Source: Selaginella moellendorffii
Lineage: Eukaryota > Plantae > Lycopodiophyta
DNA length: 64,000 nt
NCBI RefSeq assembly: GCF_000143415.4
Contig: NW_003314397.1
Location: 124,001-188,000, forward strand
Direction: 5' to 3'
The notes beneath the pieces are model-generated. The model saw nothing but the letters and a program-made list of their open reading frames with translations. It did no database searches and was not told where the DNA came from. Every line of letters starts with the position of its first letter. Within the stretch, counting starts at the first letter, position 1. Below, piece by piece: positions 34,100-45,686 of this stretch. A program made the translations under genes and the position numbers.

Positions 34100-34970
34100 C
34101 GAGACACAAAATCCCTAGTCCCTCCCAAGGAAGGGCTGAAAAGGTGCCATGTGGTAGTGGCCGAAATGAAAGCCAAACGAGCGTAACACGTTTAGACTAA
34201 AATCTCCAACTTGAAGAGCCGAGAGCGGGAGTGGAACTCCTGTCGGAATGCTCAAGGAACAAGCATGAAACGAGCAATAAGAAATTCTCTAGAAAAGGGA
34301 CACAAGAGGACTGAGATGGAATTCGAGATGGACCCAAGATGGAGTCTGAGATGGATTGAGATGAAGTCCAAAATAAAGTTCAAAATGGAGTTCGAGATGG
34401 ACCCAAAATGGAGTCTGAGATGGAGTCTAAGATGGACCCGAGATGGAGTCTGAGATGGAGTCTAAGATGGACCCGAGATAGAGTCTGAGATGGAGTCTAA
34501 GATGGACCCGAAATGGAGTCTGAGATGGACCGAGATGGAGTCCGAGATGGACACGAGATGAAGTTTGAGGTGGACTCGAGATGGAGTCTGAGATGGGCTC
34601 GAGATGGAGTCCGAGATGGACCGAGATGGAGTCTAAGATGAAGTCCGAGATGGAGTCCAAGATGGACCCAAGATGGAATTCGACATGGAGTCCGAGAAGG
34701 ATCTAAGATAGAGTCTGAGGTCGAGACCAAAACCGAGATCGAGACCAGGATTGAGACCAAGACCGAGGCCGAAACCAAGCCTGAGCTCGAGTCCAAGTCT
34801 GAGTCCGAGTTTGAGTCTGAGTCCGAGTCCGAGTCCGAGTCCAAGTCCAAGTTCGAGTCCGAGTTCGAGTCCGAGGGTGAAAGCCCAAAGCGTTTGTCTC
34901 TCAAACCCTAGGGGCTTTGGCGAGTTCCAAAAGTATAGTAGGGGGGAGGACTCCAATGGAGCCAGGTTAA
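34100..34970. mobile_element. LTR-like minisatellite repeat, copy D (best-preserved 12-bp gagatggagtcY/gagatggacccR array)
   Basis: Same terminus and internal blocks as copies A-C; array at 34310-34875. Confidence 0.75.
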
Positions 34971-36799
34971 AGGGGCTATGGGGGGTTCTAATTTTATAGT
35001 AGGGATAGTAGGGATGGTGGATAGGTTAGATATGGTTGACTAACTGAAGGCATAATTTAGTTTTCATTTGCATGCCTATTTTTATTCTACAACTAACTCA
35101 GGTCTAAGCCTAAGTTTCATACCATGCTAATTGGTGGAGTACCCATATCTTTGCATTAGGCCACTAGTATACTAAAATAGCACTAAACTTTATTTAAATC
35201 CATTTTACGTATCTGTCTTGGCATTGGGATGTTAAATGCTTTAGAATTGTTCTAAATCACTTTGTGCTCTTGTTCCTTCACTCCTTGGGCTGTACACTCA
35301 AGAATCACTCCATGTTTCAATACTTTTGCTTCTTGGCTGTATGTTTATGAGTTTGGTTCTGTTCCTTCATTCAGTGAAATAAAGCTCTGAAACTTGGGTT
35401 CTACCCTATTATCCTTAAACACAAGACATGTGGCACATAAAGGGTTTAGGTTCCACTTCATTTTTATCCTATAGTGAATTACTATAGAATAAAAAGTGAA
35501 AACCATATGCACTACATTAATATAAAATTTGTTATTAGGTAAAACTTTTAATAATAATATTGAACTTACTTCTCTTGGAAGCAAACTTTATTGTATCTTA
35601 AAAAAAAAGATTGGTAGAAATGAGTTTTACCTCCTCAATTCATATAATTGTGCACAACTTCTAGGGGTCGGTTCACTCTTAAAAGTACGTTATTATTAAA
35701 GTTGAGAACATTCAATTAGTTTTCAATTGAAATACTTTCTTTAGCTTGGTATTCTTAAGTGGGTATAGAAAATCACTTAACTCTAAAAAAAAAGGAAGTA
35801 TAAAGCCAAATTGCAAAGAGGAAGTAAAGAAATAAATATAAATAACAACTAAATAATTGTTAATCAAGAAAAAAAAAGTTACTCATTGTATTGAGTTCAT
35901 TCTATACTCTTTTAACTACAACTATACAATTGTATTACTTTATAAACAAGTACAATATTTTTTATAAAAGTAAAATATCAATAAAATCAATAAAATAATC
36001 CTAATTTACATCCTAAAGATCAATTTAGAGAAGTTTTGGGTCATGTTGTAGTGGTAAAAATCAAGTAAAGAAACTTGAATTATGCAAAAAAAACATATGC
36101 TACACTTGAGAATTTACAATATAATGTGTTGAATATTATTATCTTAAGAGATAATGATATTAAAATTTTGTGATAATATAAATATTAATTAAAAGAAAAT
36201 AAATCAAATTTTAATATGGACTTCATTTTGAATAGAATTCTCGACACCAATATTAAAAGTGTTTAAGAAAGTAATTGCAGCCCATGTTTACTTTTCAATA
36301 ACTTTTTATAGGTTTAGATTAAGAACTGACATTTGTTGCTAAATTATTAAATTTAATCATGCAATATTAACACATATTTTTATATATAATATTCTTAAAA
36401 TGTAATATTTAATACTTATGTTTATGTTGTAAAGAATTTATTTTAATATAAAAATACATTTGGAATTCTTTGGAAATCTAGAATATATATTTATTAAATA
36501 TAAAATGACTAACACGTCAGCAAAAACTTTTAATAAAAACTAATTAATTTGTTAAATAATTCCTAATTCTCTTGAATAATTATACTAAAAATAATTTTGT
36601 ATGAATTGTATGTAACAATGTTTGATTTGCTTAATATTAGTTTATTCCTACTTAATTTATCAAATAAAAAATTTATAAATATAAGCATGTTTGTCATTTA
36701 TAAACACATATTTAATCTTATTGCATATCAACCATTAGATGATAGAATAAAATAGAATATACTTGAAAGTGTTTAAGAAACTTTATAAATTATAAACAT

Positions 36800-36832
36800 T
36801 AAATCTAAACCTTGAACCCTAAACCCTAAACC
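36800..36832. repeat. Short degenerate interstitial telomere-type (AAACCCT)n tract
   Basis: taaatctaaaccttgaaccctaaaccctaaacc. Confidence 0.55.
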
Positions 36833-38059
36833 AGTTTATAAATTATAAATACAAGATTAATCTAAATGACTAAGAACCATTAGATGGTAGAATATCCTAG
36901 AATATTCAAGTATACTCTTGGTATATCCACTACCATCCCAGTCCCCTTGCAGGTTTGCTTAAGCTAACCAAAAATTGATGAACATTAAGTCTCTATTATC
37001 CATTTTATAATATATGATTCACTGCTATATTGATATATAAGTTTTTGAAGTGATTTTGCTCTTATTATTTTGCTCAACATATATGTTGGCCATGGTGATG
37101 GTGGTTCACTTTGTTTATCAAGGTTAAAATTCAATCAATAAAAAAATTATCAGTATTAGAATTATGTTTGTATAAACATGGTTAAAATCCTATAACTTCA
37201 TATTGATAAAAGATAGTGCACTAGAGAGCTTTCTTTCTAAGGAGGTAGATTCCATTTGTTAGTAAAGAGGTGATCCTCTTTACTACTAAAATTGATTTTT
37301 AAGCTTTTACTGTTACATTAAAGCATTTAAAAATCACCATTTCAAACTCTATTGGTAGTTATAATTCAAAATCCATATTATAAACTTTTTTGAAATTCTA
37401 TTGATCTCTTTCTTCTTATTTAGAATGCTAAGCACTAATTCGAGGACTTTAAGATAAGTCTGGTGCTAAATTTAGAGACTCTACAAATACCCGCTAGCAT
37501 GAAAAACATGAAAAATACCTTGAAAATGTCTTATAAGTTTTCATTTTGCACTCTAGCATTGGCAAAGAATTTCAAAAACACCAGGACATAATTATGGTTT
37601 AAATGCCAATGATAAAAAGTAATATTCTAATATTATGATAAAGCTCATTGGGCACTTTTGAAGAATTTGATAAAACTTTGAACTGATAAGTAAAATACTT
37701 TAAGAAAATATATTTCAAACACTTATTTAGTCATTTTTATGTCTATTACCAGGTGGGAGCTACATCTGGCAATACTAGGTCATCATTATTAAATTACATC
37801 TTTCAACAATAAAACTTATAAAACTTTGTTTCTTTCAGTTTCTCTTTGGGTTTCATGTAGTAAACAGTTAACATATAGTATTAGTGATAATTACAACAAT
37901 AAAAAACTTTAAGAACCTAAATGTATACTTGGATATTCTATAGTGATAATATTTTTTAACTTCTTTTAACCATTTCAATATATATGAAATAGCACCATTT
38001 ATTGAAATGTTTGTTATTAAATAAATTGATTTTAGTTTATGAAACACACTTGCAAGGGA

Positions 38060-38066
<7 letters not shown>

Positions 38067-38124
<58 letters not shown>
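38067..38124. repeat. (TA)n microsatellite
   Basis: Seen directly. Confidence 0.95.
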
Positions 38125-38127
<3 letters not shown>

Positions 38128-39615
38128 ATTAATATGTGTATATGCTCATATCTTCTAGCATATCTATAAAGATTTTTCAGTATTTCAAAATTGTTAGTTG
38201 CGATCATATACATGTTTTTTAATTTAATATTTTCTTTTTCTTTAAATAGTGATTGTCAAATAATTTGTGGTTTATATATAGTTTAACACTGGACAGGAAG
38301 CATGACAATTAAAGCTGGAAAGCTAGATCAAGGAATCAGATGCAGATCCAGATTAGGATACCTGGCAGGGTTTTTATTTTATCTTACATTGTCGACGCAA
38401 AAAGTATGGGCCTCATTCTTTCGGAGGGGTTGAAGTCACCGCTTTCCCATCCAAAAACTCCGAGTGCAGGATTTCGGCGGATCCAGCCAGTTCCGCTCTC
38501 CCTAGTTTCTGGCTCAGGCCACGATGATCAGTGACGAGACCACACAGTACGAGTTACTGAGGAGCTTCTTGGAAGGACGGCCGGTGTTTGAGAGCTGTAT
38601 ATGAAAACTAGATTCCAGGAAGTAAAAGAATTGTGTACCTTTCAGGAAACTTTAACCAAAAGGTGAGTATGAACAGAACAGTGAAGATTGCGTGCGTGCC
38701 AGGCGAGTCATAACATGGCCTTCCATTCCATATCTCATGCCAAAGTTCTTAAGTACTGACACACTTGCAACACAAGTTCTTTATTTTTCCCTTCCATCTG
38801 ATGCCCACGTTTCATACTAGGAAGGAAAGCCAAAACAAAGAAGACACTCTTGACTTGCTATCCCGAAGGATGAAACTTGGCTGCCAACAGAAGGGCCTTG
38901 TCACTATAAATTTCTTCCACGCAGCTTGCCAGTCCCCGGTCGATCTCACAATTGAAGAAACACTCACGAATTTGGAGGATTGCGAGCAAGAGCTTTAAAA
39001 ACATGCCGGTGTTGCGTTTCCATCGCTCTAGTTTTGCCAAAGTCTCGAATTTTTAATTTCGTGTGTAGCGTGTGGTGGTTTTATCAAGTGGGCAACAACG
39101 ACCACAAAGAATTGATCGATTGCTCAAAGCTTTCTGGTGGGCATGTGATGAAGTGGTGGTTGCTGCAAAATACCCCCAACAACTGAAAAGATTGGACCAC
39201 TGTTTGTTCCTCGACCACCGAAATTCCGGGTAGAAATCTTATCCGTTGACTCTTTGATGACCATCGCTGACCTCCATTGACCAGAGAAAAAAATAACATG
39301 GTCTCTCCATTGTCTCTCTAACGAAACAACGACAACATGGTGTGTCCGGCAAAATGCTTTACAGCACCGTCTTCTCTGGCGGGCTCGGATCTCCATTAAA
39401 TGCCCGCGCAAAGATATATCGCCATAGAAAACAGGGGAGCTCTGCAGAGAGCATGGGCGAAGCATTGCTGACAAGAGTGCCTTAAGAATCGCGCTCGTCT
39501 CTGGCAGTAGATAGATTGATAGATAGTTTCGCGAGCGATTCGCGCTCGCCCACCAGGGAGATTGGGAGATTCGAGAATCGCCATCTTTTCTCCTCTCTCT
39601 TGTCTTCTTCGATCG

Positions 39616-40983
39616 ATGATCTTCAACCAAAAGTACCACGGGAGGAAGGGCGCGTTGCAGCGGTGTCGATTGTGGGTGCAAACGCTGGGCCGGGATATGC
39701 AGAAGAGCGGAGTTTACAGAAGCGTGACCGAGTACGTGCCGATGATCACGGGAGCAATCCTGACACTGCTTCTGTTTTGGAGCTTCTTCGTGTCACCTCT
39801 GCTCGAGGCCGCTCAAGAGCACGTCATTCAGCACGAGGACAAGAGCAAGGCCACCGAAGCCGGGAGGCACACCCTCTCGGTGGATGGATCATCGAGGCAG
39901 AACTATGGTGGCGGGCATGGAGCCGAGGATTTCATGCCGGAGAGGACCGACATAGAGTCCCTGCTCAACAAGACGCTGTCGATCGATCCGCTGCTCAACA
40001 CCTCCTTCACCCTGGGCGCCAGGATCTCCGACTGGGACGAGCAGCGGCGAGCGTTCCTCGAGAAGAATCCCGACGCCAATGTGGATTCCTCGGGCAGGCC
40101 AAAGCTCTTCATGCTGACGGGATCGCAGCCCGGCCCCTGCCACAATCTCATGGGCGATCATATGCTCCTCAAGGCCGTCAAGAACAAGATCGACTACTGT
40201 CGCATCCACGACATGGAGCTCTTCTACAACATGGCCACCTTCAGCCGTGACATGCCCTCCTGGTGGGTCAAGCTCCCTCTCATTCGATCTTTCATGCTCG
40301 CACACCCCGAGGTGGAGTGGCTATGGTGGATAGACAGCGACGCCGTCCTCACCGACATGACCTTCCAGTTCCCATCGGAGCGATACAAGGACTACAACCT
40401 GGTGATCCATGGCTGGGAGCACCTCGTCTATGGGGAGCGTAAGTGGACTGGTCTCAACATGGGCATCTTTCTGGTGAGGAATTGCCAGTGGACGCTGGAT
40501 CTCTTCGACACTCTGGCGCCGATGGGCTACCGCGGCGTCGTGGGCGATCGAGTCGGGAAGGTCCTCACCATGGCTCTCTCCGGCAGGCCCGAGAGCTTCG
40601 AGTCGGACGACCAGGGAGCTTTCATCTATCTCCTCAATGCCGATCGCAACACCTGGGGATCCAAGGTCTATCTCGAGAACTCCTACTTCCTCAATGGATA
40701 CTGGAAGGATATCGTGGACAAGTATGAAGGCTATGTGGAGAGCAGCCACCCGGGATTTGGCGACGATCGATGGCCTTTCGTCACGCACTTCACCGGGTGC
40801 CAGATTTGCAGCGGCAAGATCAACAACGTCTACACGGCGGAGGAGTGTACGGCACAGATGTCGCGGGCGCTGACGCTGGCGGACAACCAGGTGCTCCACT
40901 CGTACGGATACGCGCACCCGAGCTTGGCCACCGCCGAGATCGTCCCCGTCGACAAGAAGGATGCCGGCGACGACCATCATTGA
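39616..40983 (+). CDS. Glycosyltransferase family 34 (xyloglucan xylosyltransferase/galactomannan galactosyltransferase-like)
   Basis: Type II TM anchor; ISDWDEQR, TGSQP..C.N..GDH.LLK..KNKIDYCR.H, HPEVEWLWWIDSDA, DDQGA, WPFVTHFTGC. Confidence 0.93.
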   Translation: MIFNQKYHGRKGALQRCRLWVQTLGRDMQKSGVYRSVTEYVPMITGAILTLLLFWSFFVSPLLEAAQEHVIQHEDKSKATEAGRHTLSVDGSSRQNYGGGHGAEDFMPERTDIESLLNKTLSIDPLLNTSFTLGARISDWDEQRRAFLEKNPDANVDSSGRPKLFMLTGSQPGPCHNLMGDHMLLKAVKNKIDYCRIHDMELFYNMATFSRDMPSWWVKLPLIRSFMLAHPEVEWLWWIDSDAVLTDMTFQFPSERYKDYNLVIHGWEHLVYGERKWTGLNMGIFLVRNCQWTLDLFDTLAPMGYRGVVGDRVGKVLTMALSGRPESFESDDQGAFIYLLNADRNTWGSKVYLENSYFLNGYWKDIVDKYEGYVESSHPGFGDDRWPFVTHFTGCQICSGKINNVYTAEECTAQMSRALTLADNQVLHSYGYAHPSLATAEIVPVDKKDAGDDHH

Positions 40984-41827
40984 CCGGCATTGACCCTCTG
41001 TTTCTCATGCGCTGGATGGATTGGAAGCTTACAAGCGGGGCAGCTGAGCGCTTTTCTCCTCCGTGCAAAGGACGAGCAAGGCAGAAGATACCAAGTGAGC
41101 GATATGACCTTCTCTTTTTTCTTCTTTAGTTCTATACGAATCCAGTTGATAAACGCATCAAAGAATCAAGATAGTAGGCAGAGCCAGCTGCTGCCAGCCA
41201 GTTTAGCTGTGCGCTTTAGAAGAAAAAACTGTACTCGTTTACATGGAACAAAAGTACTGTCTATACTCTCTCTAGACGACTCCGGCCTCCATTGCTACAA
41301 GAGTAGCAGTATCTACTCTAGAATAAGTTCTAAATTCCAGCCAAAGAAGAGGAGGGATGGATAGATGTGACTGGGGATTCTTCTTTCACTGTTCTAGCTT
41401 TTCAGGGAATAGACCTGTAGAAGAAGCCATGGCTGGAAGCAAAATGCCAAAGCTAAAAGATTGGAGGTGTAGGACCGAAAGAAGGAACCAAGCAAAAACA
41501 AAATAGCTAGTTCTTGTGGACCAGTCAAGTTGGTCACACATTTACTCGCCACTGACGTTTTCACAGCGGCATTCACCGACGCGGTTAAAAAACACAAAAA
41601 TTCGCCCGGTCAAGCAAGTCGCTGACCGAGATGGTCAACTACTTTCAGGTAGGTCATGAAGGAGGCATGGGGCGGCCCAGATCGCGCACACGTGTCCTTG
41701 TATAGAGCGTTGGATCTCCTCTAGGGATTGCCGCGGAGGAGCTGGGCAACAGGCGCCAAGAACAAGAGAGGTGAGTGTGCGCTAGCTATGGATGTTTCAA
41801 TCGATCGAATCGATCGTAGGGACAGCT

Positions 41828-42814
41828 ATGGCGCATCCGTCGCTGGATTCCACCGTCGACAGCCTCTTTGGCGGGAGGAGCCCAGAGGATTTCTACGCCA
41901 AGCATGGCGTCACGCACGGCGAGAGGATGATCACAAACGCCCGAGGCATGGCGCAGTACACGCAGTCATGGCTGCCAACGCGGGAGAGAGTTAAGGCACT
42001 GGTGATGGTCTGCCATGGCTATGGCGCCGACAGTGGCTGGTTCGTGCAGCTCACAGCTATCGGCATCGCGCAGAGGGGATTCGCCGTGCACGCCATCGAT
42101 CACCAGGGCCATGGACGATCCCAGGACTGGCAGGGACTGCGAGCTTACGTCCCAGATATCAATCCGGTGGTGGACGACTGCATCGCATTCTTCGATTCCG
42201 TGCGATCCCAGCAAGAGTTCCAGGGACTTCCGGCCTTCTTGTATGGAGAATCGCTGGGTGGCGCACTGTGCCTCTTGATCCATCTCCGCCAGCCGGGGGT
42301 CTGGAGTGGAGCCGTGCTGAATGGAGCGATGTGTGGGATCTCTCCAAAGTTCAAGCCGCCATGGCCGCTCGAGAACTTGCTCTCGTACGTGGCGGCGCTA
42401 GCTCCGACTTGGGCGATCGTCCCCACCAAGGACATTCCCACCGTGTCCTTCAAGGAGGCCTGGAAGCGCGAGCTCGTCAAGAAGAACCCGGTGCGCTACT
42501 CCGGGAGGCCGAGAGCTGGGACGGCACTGGAGCTTCTCAGGGTGGTGAGAGAGCTGGACGAGCGGTTTCCAGAGGTGACGCTGCCGCTGCTGGTGATCCA
42601 TGGAGAGCTGGACGTGGTGACCGATCCGGAGGGGAGCAAGGCCTTGTATGATCGATGCAGCAGCAAGGATAAAACGCTGAGGATCTACCAGGGAATGTGG
42701 CACCAGCTCGCGGGCGAGCCTCCGGAGAACTTGGAGAAGGTGTTTGGAGAAGTCTACTCGTGGCTGGAAGATCACGCCGCCGCCGCCGCCTCGAGTTCTC
42801 AAGAAAAACCATGA
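41828..42814 (+). CDS. Alpha/beta hydrolase, monoacylglycerol lipase/caffeoyl shikimate esterase-like
   Basis: HGYG, DHQGHGRS, GESLGG nucleophile elbow, HGELDVVTD, GMWH. Confidence 0.92.
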   Translation: MAHPSLDSTVDSLFGGRSPEDFYAKHGVTHGERMITNARGMAQYTQSWLPTRERVKALVMVCHGYGADSGWFVQLTAIGIAQRGFAVHAIDHQGHGRSQDWQGLRAYVPDINPVVDDCIAFFDSVRSQQEFQGLPAFLYGESLGGALCLLIHLRQPGVWSGAVLNGAMCGISPKFKPPWPLENLLSYVAALAPTWAIVPTKDIPTVSFKEAWKRELVKKNPVRYSGRPRAGTALELLRVVRELDERFPEVTLPLLVIHGELDVVTDPEGSKALYDRCSSKDKTLRIYQGMWHQLAGEPPENLEKVFGEVYSWLEDHAAAAASSSQEKP

Positions 42815-42819
42815 AATCC

Positions 42820-43021
42820 TTGTCCACCACCTTTCTCCATCGCAAGAAAACAATCTTCCAAGCTTGATCTTGCAACTATACTCTCTCGATCTGCTGCGAG
42901 CTCTCGTCTAGAAGACGACCATGATCCTTGCAACGTTTTAAGATTATTGTCCACCAGCCTCTCTCCATCGAGAGAAAACAATCTTCCAAGCTTCCAAGCT
43001 TGATCTTGCAACTATACTCTC
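42820..43021. repeat. ~70-bp local tandem duplication between convergent 3' ends
   Basis: ttgtccacca..ctccatcg..gaaaacaatcttccaagcttgatcttgcaactatactctc at 42820 and 42947. Confidence 0.8.
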
Positions 43022-43040
43022 GCAGAGGAGCGAAAGTTTT

Positions 43041-44897
43041 CTACGCTCTCGATCGTGGTGGCGAGCATGAATTGTGGATGTTGATATTGGCGAGGAGCAA
43101 ATAAGCTCCGCCATCGCCGGGGTTGAAGTGGAAGACGTTGCTCGCGATCTCCGCTCCATGGCGGGCCTCCGTACACGCCCCGAGCAAACACTTCCAGTCG
43201 AGCGCGTCGGGTGCGTACGGCATCCCCGCGATGAGGCCTCGTGCGTCGTCCACGTGTCCGGATCTGGCCAGCAGCGCCACCATGACACGGTAGTACGGCT
43301 TGGTTGGCGCCAAGCCATAGTCGAATGCCATGGAGATGAAAGCGCTCCTCCCAACCGCGAGCTTCCCCCCGTGGTTGCAAGCGATGATCGCCACCAGGAA
43401 GCTGATCTCGTCCACGGCGCTCTCCACCGCCATGGAGTCGAAGATCTGGAGCGCGCTTTGGCACAGCCCCTGGTTCGTGTAAGCCGCGAGCATCGAGTTC
43501 CAGCACGCAATGTCGGGTCGCTCGGGCATTGTGTGGAAGAGGAGCTCGGCGCGTTGGAGGGCGCCGTTTTGCGCGCAGGCGGAGAGCATCGCGCTCCAGG
43601 AGATGGCGTCACGCTGCGGCATCTGGCGGTGGAAGAGATGGAGCGCGCTGGAGAGGTGGCGGTTCTGGGCGTAGGCTCGCAGGAGGGCGTTCCAGGAGAC
43701 GATGTTGTGCTCGGGCATGGAGGAGAAGATCTGTGTGGTGTTGTCGAGGAAGCCAGCGGCGGCGTAGGCGGAGAGCATTGCGTTCCAGGAGACGAGATCC
43801 AGCTCCGGCATGGAATCGAAGACGCATTTTGCGTCCTCGAGGAAACGCCCGTTTTGGGCATATGCCGTGAGGATGATGCTCCAGGAAACCACGTCCCTCT
43901 GTTCCATCCGATCGAATTCTTGTTTTGCTAAGTCGAGGCGGTTTGCTTGCACGTAAGCGGCGAGGAGGGAGTTCCAGGAAAAGAGATCTCTCCTTGGACA
44001 AGCATCAAACATTCGTTTCGCTTTCGCAAAGCGCCCACTGTGGGCATATGCGGAGATCATAGCGTTCCAGGCTGCTACGTCGCACACTTTCATCTGGTTA
44101 AAAAGGTTCTCAGCCTCGTCAAGGTGGCCGTGTTTCGAGTACTCCGCTAGCAGCGTTGTTTCTAACACTATATCTCGCATAGGCATCTCGTCAAAAAGCA
44201 ACTTGGCGCTGTTAAAATGCCCGTTCTGGGCAAGTGCTGCAAGCATGACGGTACAGGCCACCAAGCCGTGGTGAGGCATGCGGTTAAAAATCTGCCATGC
44301 CTGCTCTACGTTGCTTTCTTGCGCGGCCGCGGCCAGCAGTGCATTCCAGCTCACACCATCGTGCTCAGGCATTTCATCAAAGATGTTTTGCGCGTCTACA
44401 AGATACCCACACTGGGCATTTACAGAAACCATCGCTGTCCAAGAGACCAGGCTTCTCTCCGGCATTTCTTTGAAGATTCTACGAGCGCAATCGAGATGGC
44501 CCTTCTGGGTAAAGGCAGCGAGAATCGCATTCCAAGCAACGAGGTTTCTAGCAGGCATGTCGTCGAAAACCTTGTAAGCCTCCCGCAAGCACCCGCTCTG
44601 GGCAAGCGCACAGAGCATGAGCACCCAAGAGAAGCAGTCCTTGATCCGGATGGAGTCGAACACCCGGCGGCATTGCTCGACCCCACCCAATCGCCCATAC
44701 ATCTCGATGAGCTTGTTGAGCATGAAAACATCATCTCGGCAGAGAGATCCCCTCACCCTGGAGCCAATCTCCTCCGCCAGTGACAAGCAGTGGCAATTTG
44801 CCATGAGCCGGATCCACTCCCTCCTGCAAATTGGGATCCATGATCCAAGATGGGACCCAAGCTCGCGTCCACAGAGAACTTGGCTCGATCCATCCAT
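43041..44897 (-). CDS. PLS-class PPR protein with E domain, no DYW (618 aa; start uncertain)
   Basis: Tandem VSWNA.L..YA..G motifs; YYRVMVALLARSG, DWKCLLGAC, AYLLLANI. Confidence 0.92.
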   Translation of the reverse strand: MDGSSQVLCGRELGSHLGSWIPICRREWIRLMANCHCLSLAEEIGSRVRGSLCRDDVFMLNKLIEMYGRLGGVEQCRRVFDSIRIKDCFSWVLMLCALAQSGCLREAYKVFDDMPARNLVAWNAILAAFTQKGHLDCARRIFKEMPERSLVSWTAMVSVNAQCGYLVDAQNIFDEMPEHDGVSWNALLAAAAQESNVEQAWQIFNRMPHHGLVACTVMLAALAQNGHFNSAKLLFDEMPMRDIVLETTLLAEYSKHGHLDEAENLFNQMKVCDVAAWNAMISAYAHSGRFAKAKRMFDACPRRDLFSWNSLLAAYVQANRLDLAKQEFDRMEQRDVVSWSIILTAYAQNGRFLEDAKCVFDSMPELDLVSWNAMLSAYAAAGFLDNTTQIFSSMPEHNIVSWNALLRAYAQNRHLSSALHLFHRQMPQRDAISWSAMLSACAQNGALQRAELLFHTMPERPDIACWNSMLAAYTNQGLCQSALQIFDSMAVESAVDEISFLVAIIACNHGGKLAVGRSAFISMAFDYGLAPTKPYYRVMVALLARSGHVDDARGLIAGMPYAPDALDWKCLLGACTEARHGAEIASNVFHFNPGDGGAYLLLANINIHNSCSPPRSRA

Positions 44898-45686
44898 GCA
44901 GGGAGGAGAAAAGAGCTAAAGATTTTTGTACATAGCTAGATAGCTATGATCTCCATGTTTACCGTTTGATCATCTGGGAGATCGTGCCGCAGCCATGAGA
45001 GATTGCGATACATTCCATCCAGAGATGGATAAGATTGGACCAAAGCAAGTTGCAAACCCTAGACCTTAACGTAACCCATTTGTTTACTGGGAATGCCCCA
45101 CGCGCCTATCAGCCAAGGGGTCCATATGTTTGTCTTTGGCTTGCGCCACCCTGCCATGCGCAAGTTACGTGTGCACATTGTGAATTATTGGCCTCTATGC
45201 TAACGTGGTGGCACTTTCTGGTTTGTATCATTGTACCCCATGGCATACAGATTCAACATACGTAAATCTCAAAGATTGGAGCGTAGTGCCAATGGTTGTT
45301 TGTTTTCAAGGGCTGACGAGTGGCACCAGAGGTGGCGGCTCTAAAGTTACATTGACAAACACGGAGCCACAGAAAAAAGGGGGAGAATTCTTGTTTGAGA
45401 GGGAACGTAAAGTTGGCCAAGTATGCAACGCTGATTTCTTGTATTCCTGGAGCGGCAAATTAGAGACCAACACGTTAACTCGCAGGATATTCCAGTGGGT
45501 GTGTATATTCCACACAACAAAAAGGGAGGCACTTGGAATTGTGGGGATGGAAAAGAGGAGGAGTCAGAGGCTCGAGATCAAGCCTTTCTTCTTCCATAGC
45601 TTTTGGCTTTTCTCCTCTTTGTCAAGCTCTGAAGCTTTCAATCCCTTGTTCTTCGTAGAAGGGAGGAATAAAGTTGGATCTAGAAG

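Noticed and set aside
34310-34875. Regular short repeats resembling a CRISPR array, and RLRL/SPSP/DSDS ORFs
   Set aside because: Contiguous 6/12-bp minisatellite with no unique spacers or cas genes; the ORFs are translations of the repeat
35000-38300. Very AT-rich 3-kb tract as a hidden gene or DNA transposon
   Set aside because: No ORFs, TIRs or recognisable motifs found by eye
38340-39560. Short ORFs upstream of GT34
   Set aside because: No homologous motifs; likely promoter or intergenic sequence
41828-42814. Calling the esterase CSE
   Set aside because: Motifs (WFVQLTAI, AIDHQGHG) fit a sister MAGL-like clade better; left without a symbol
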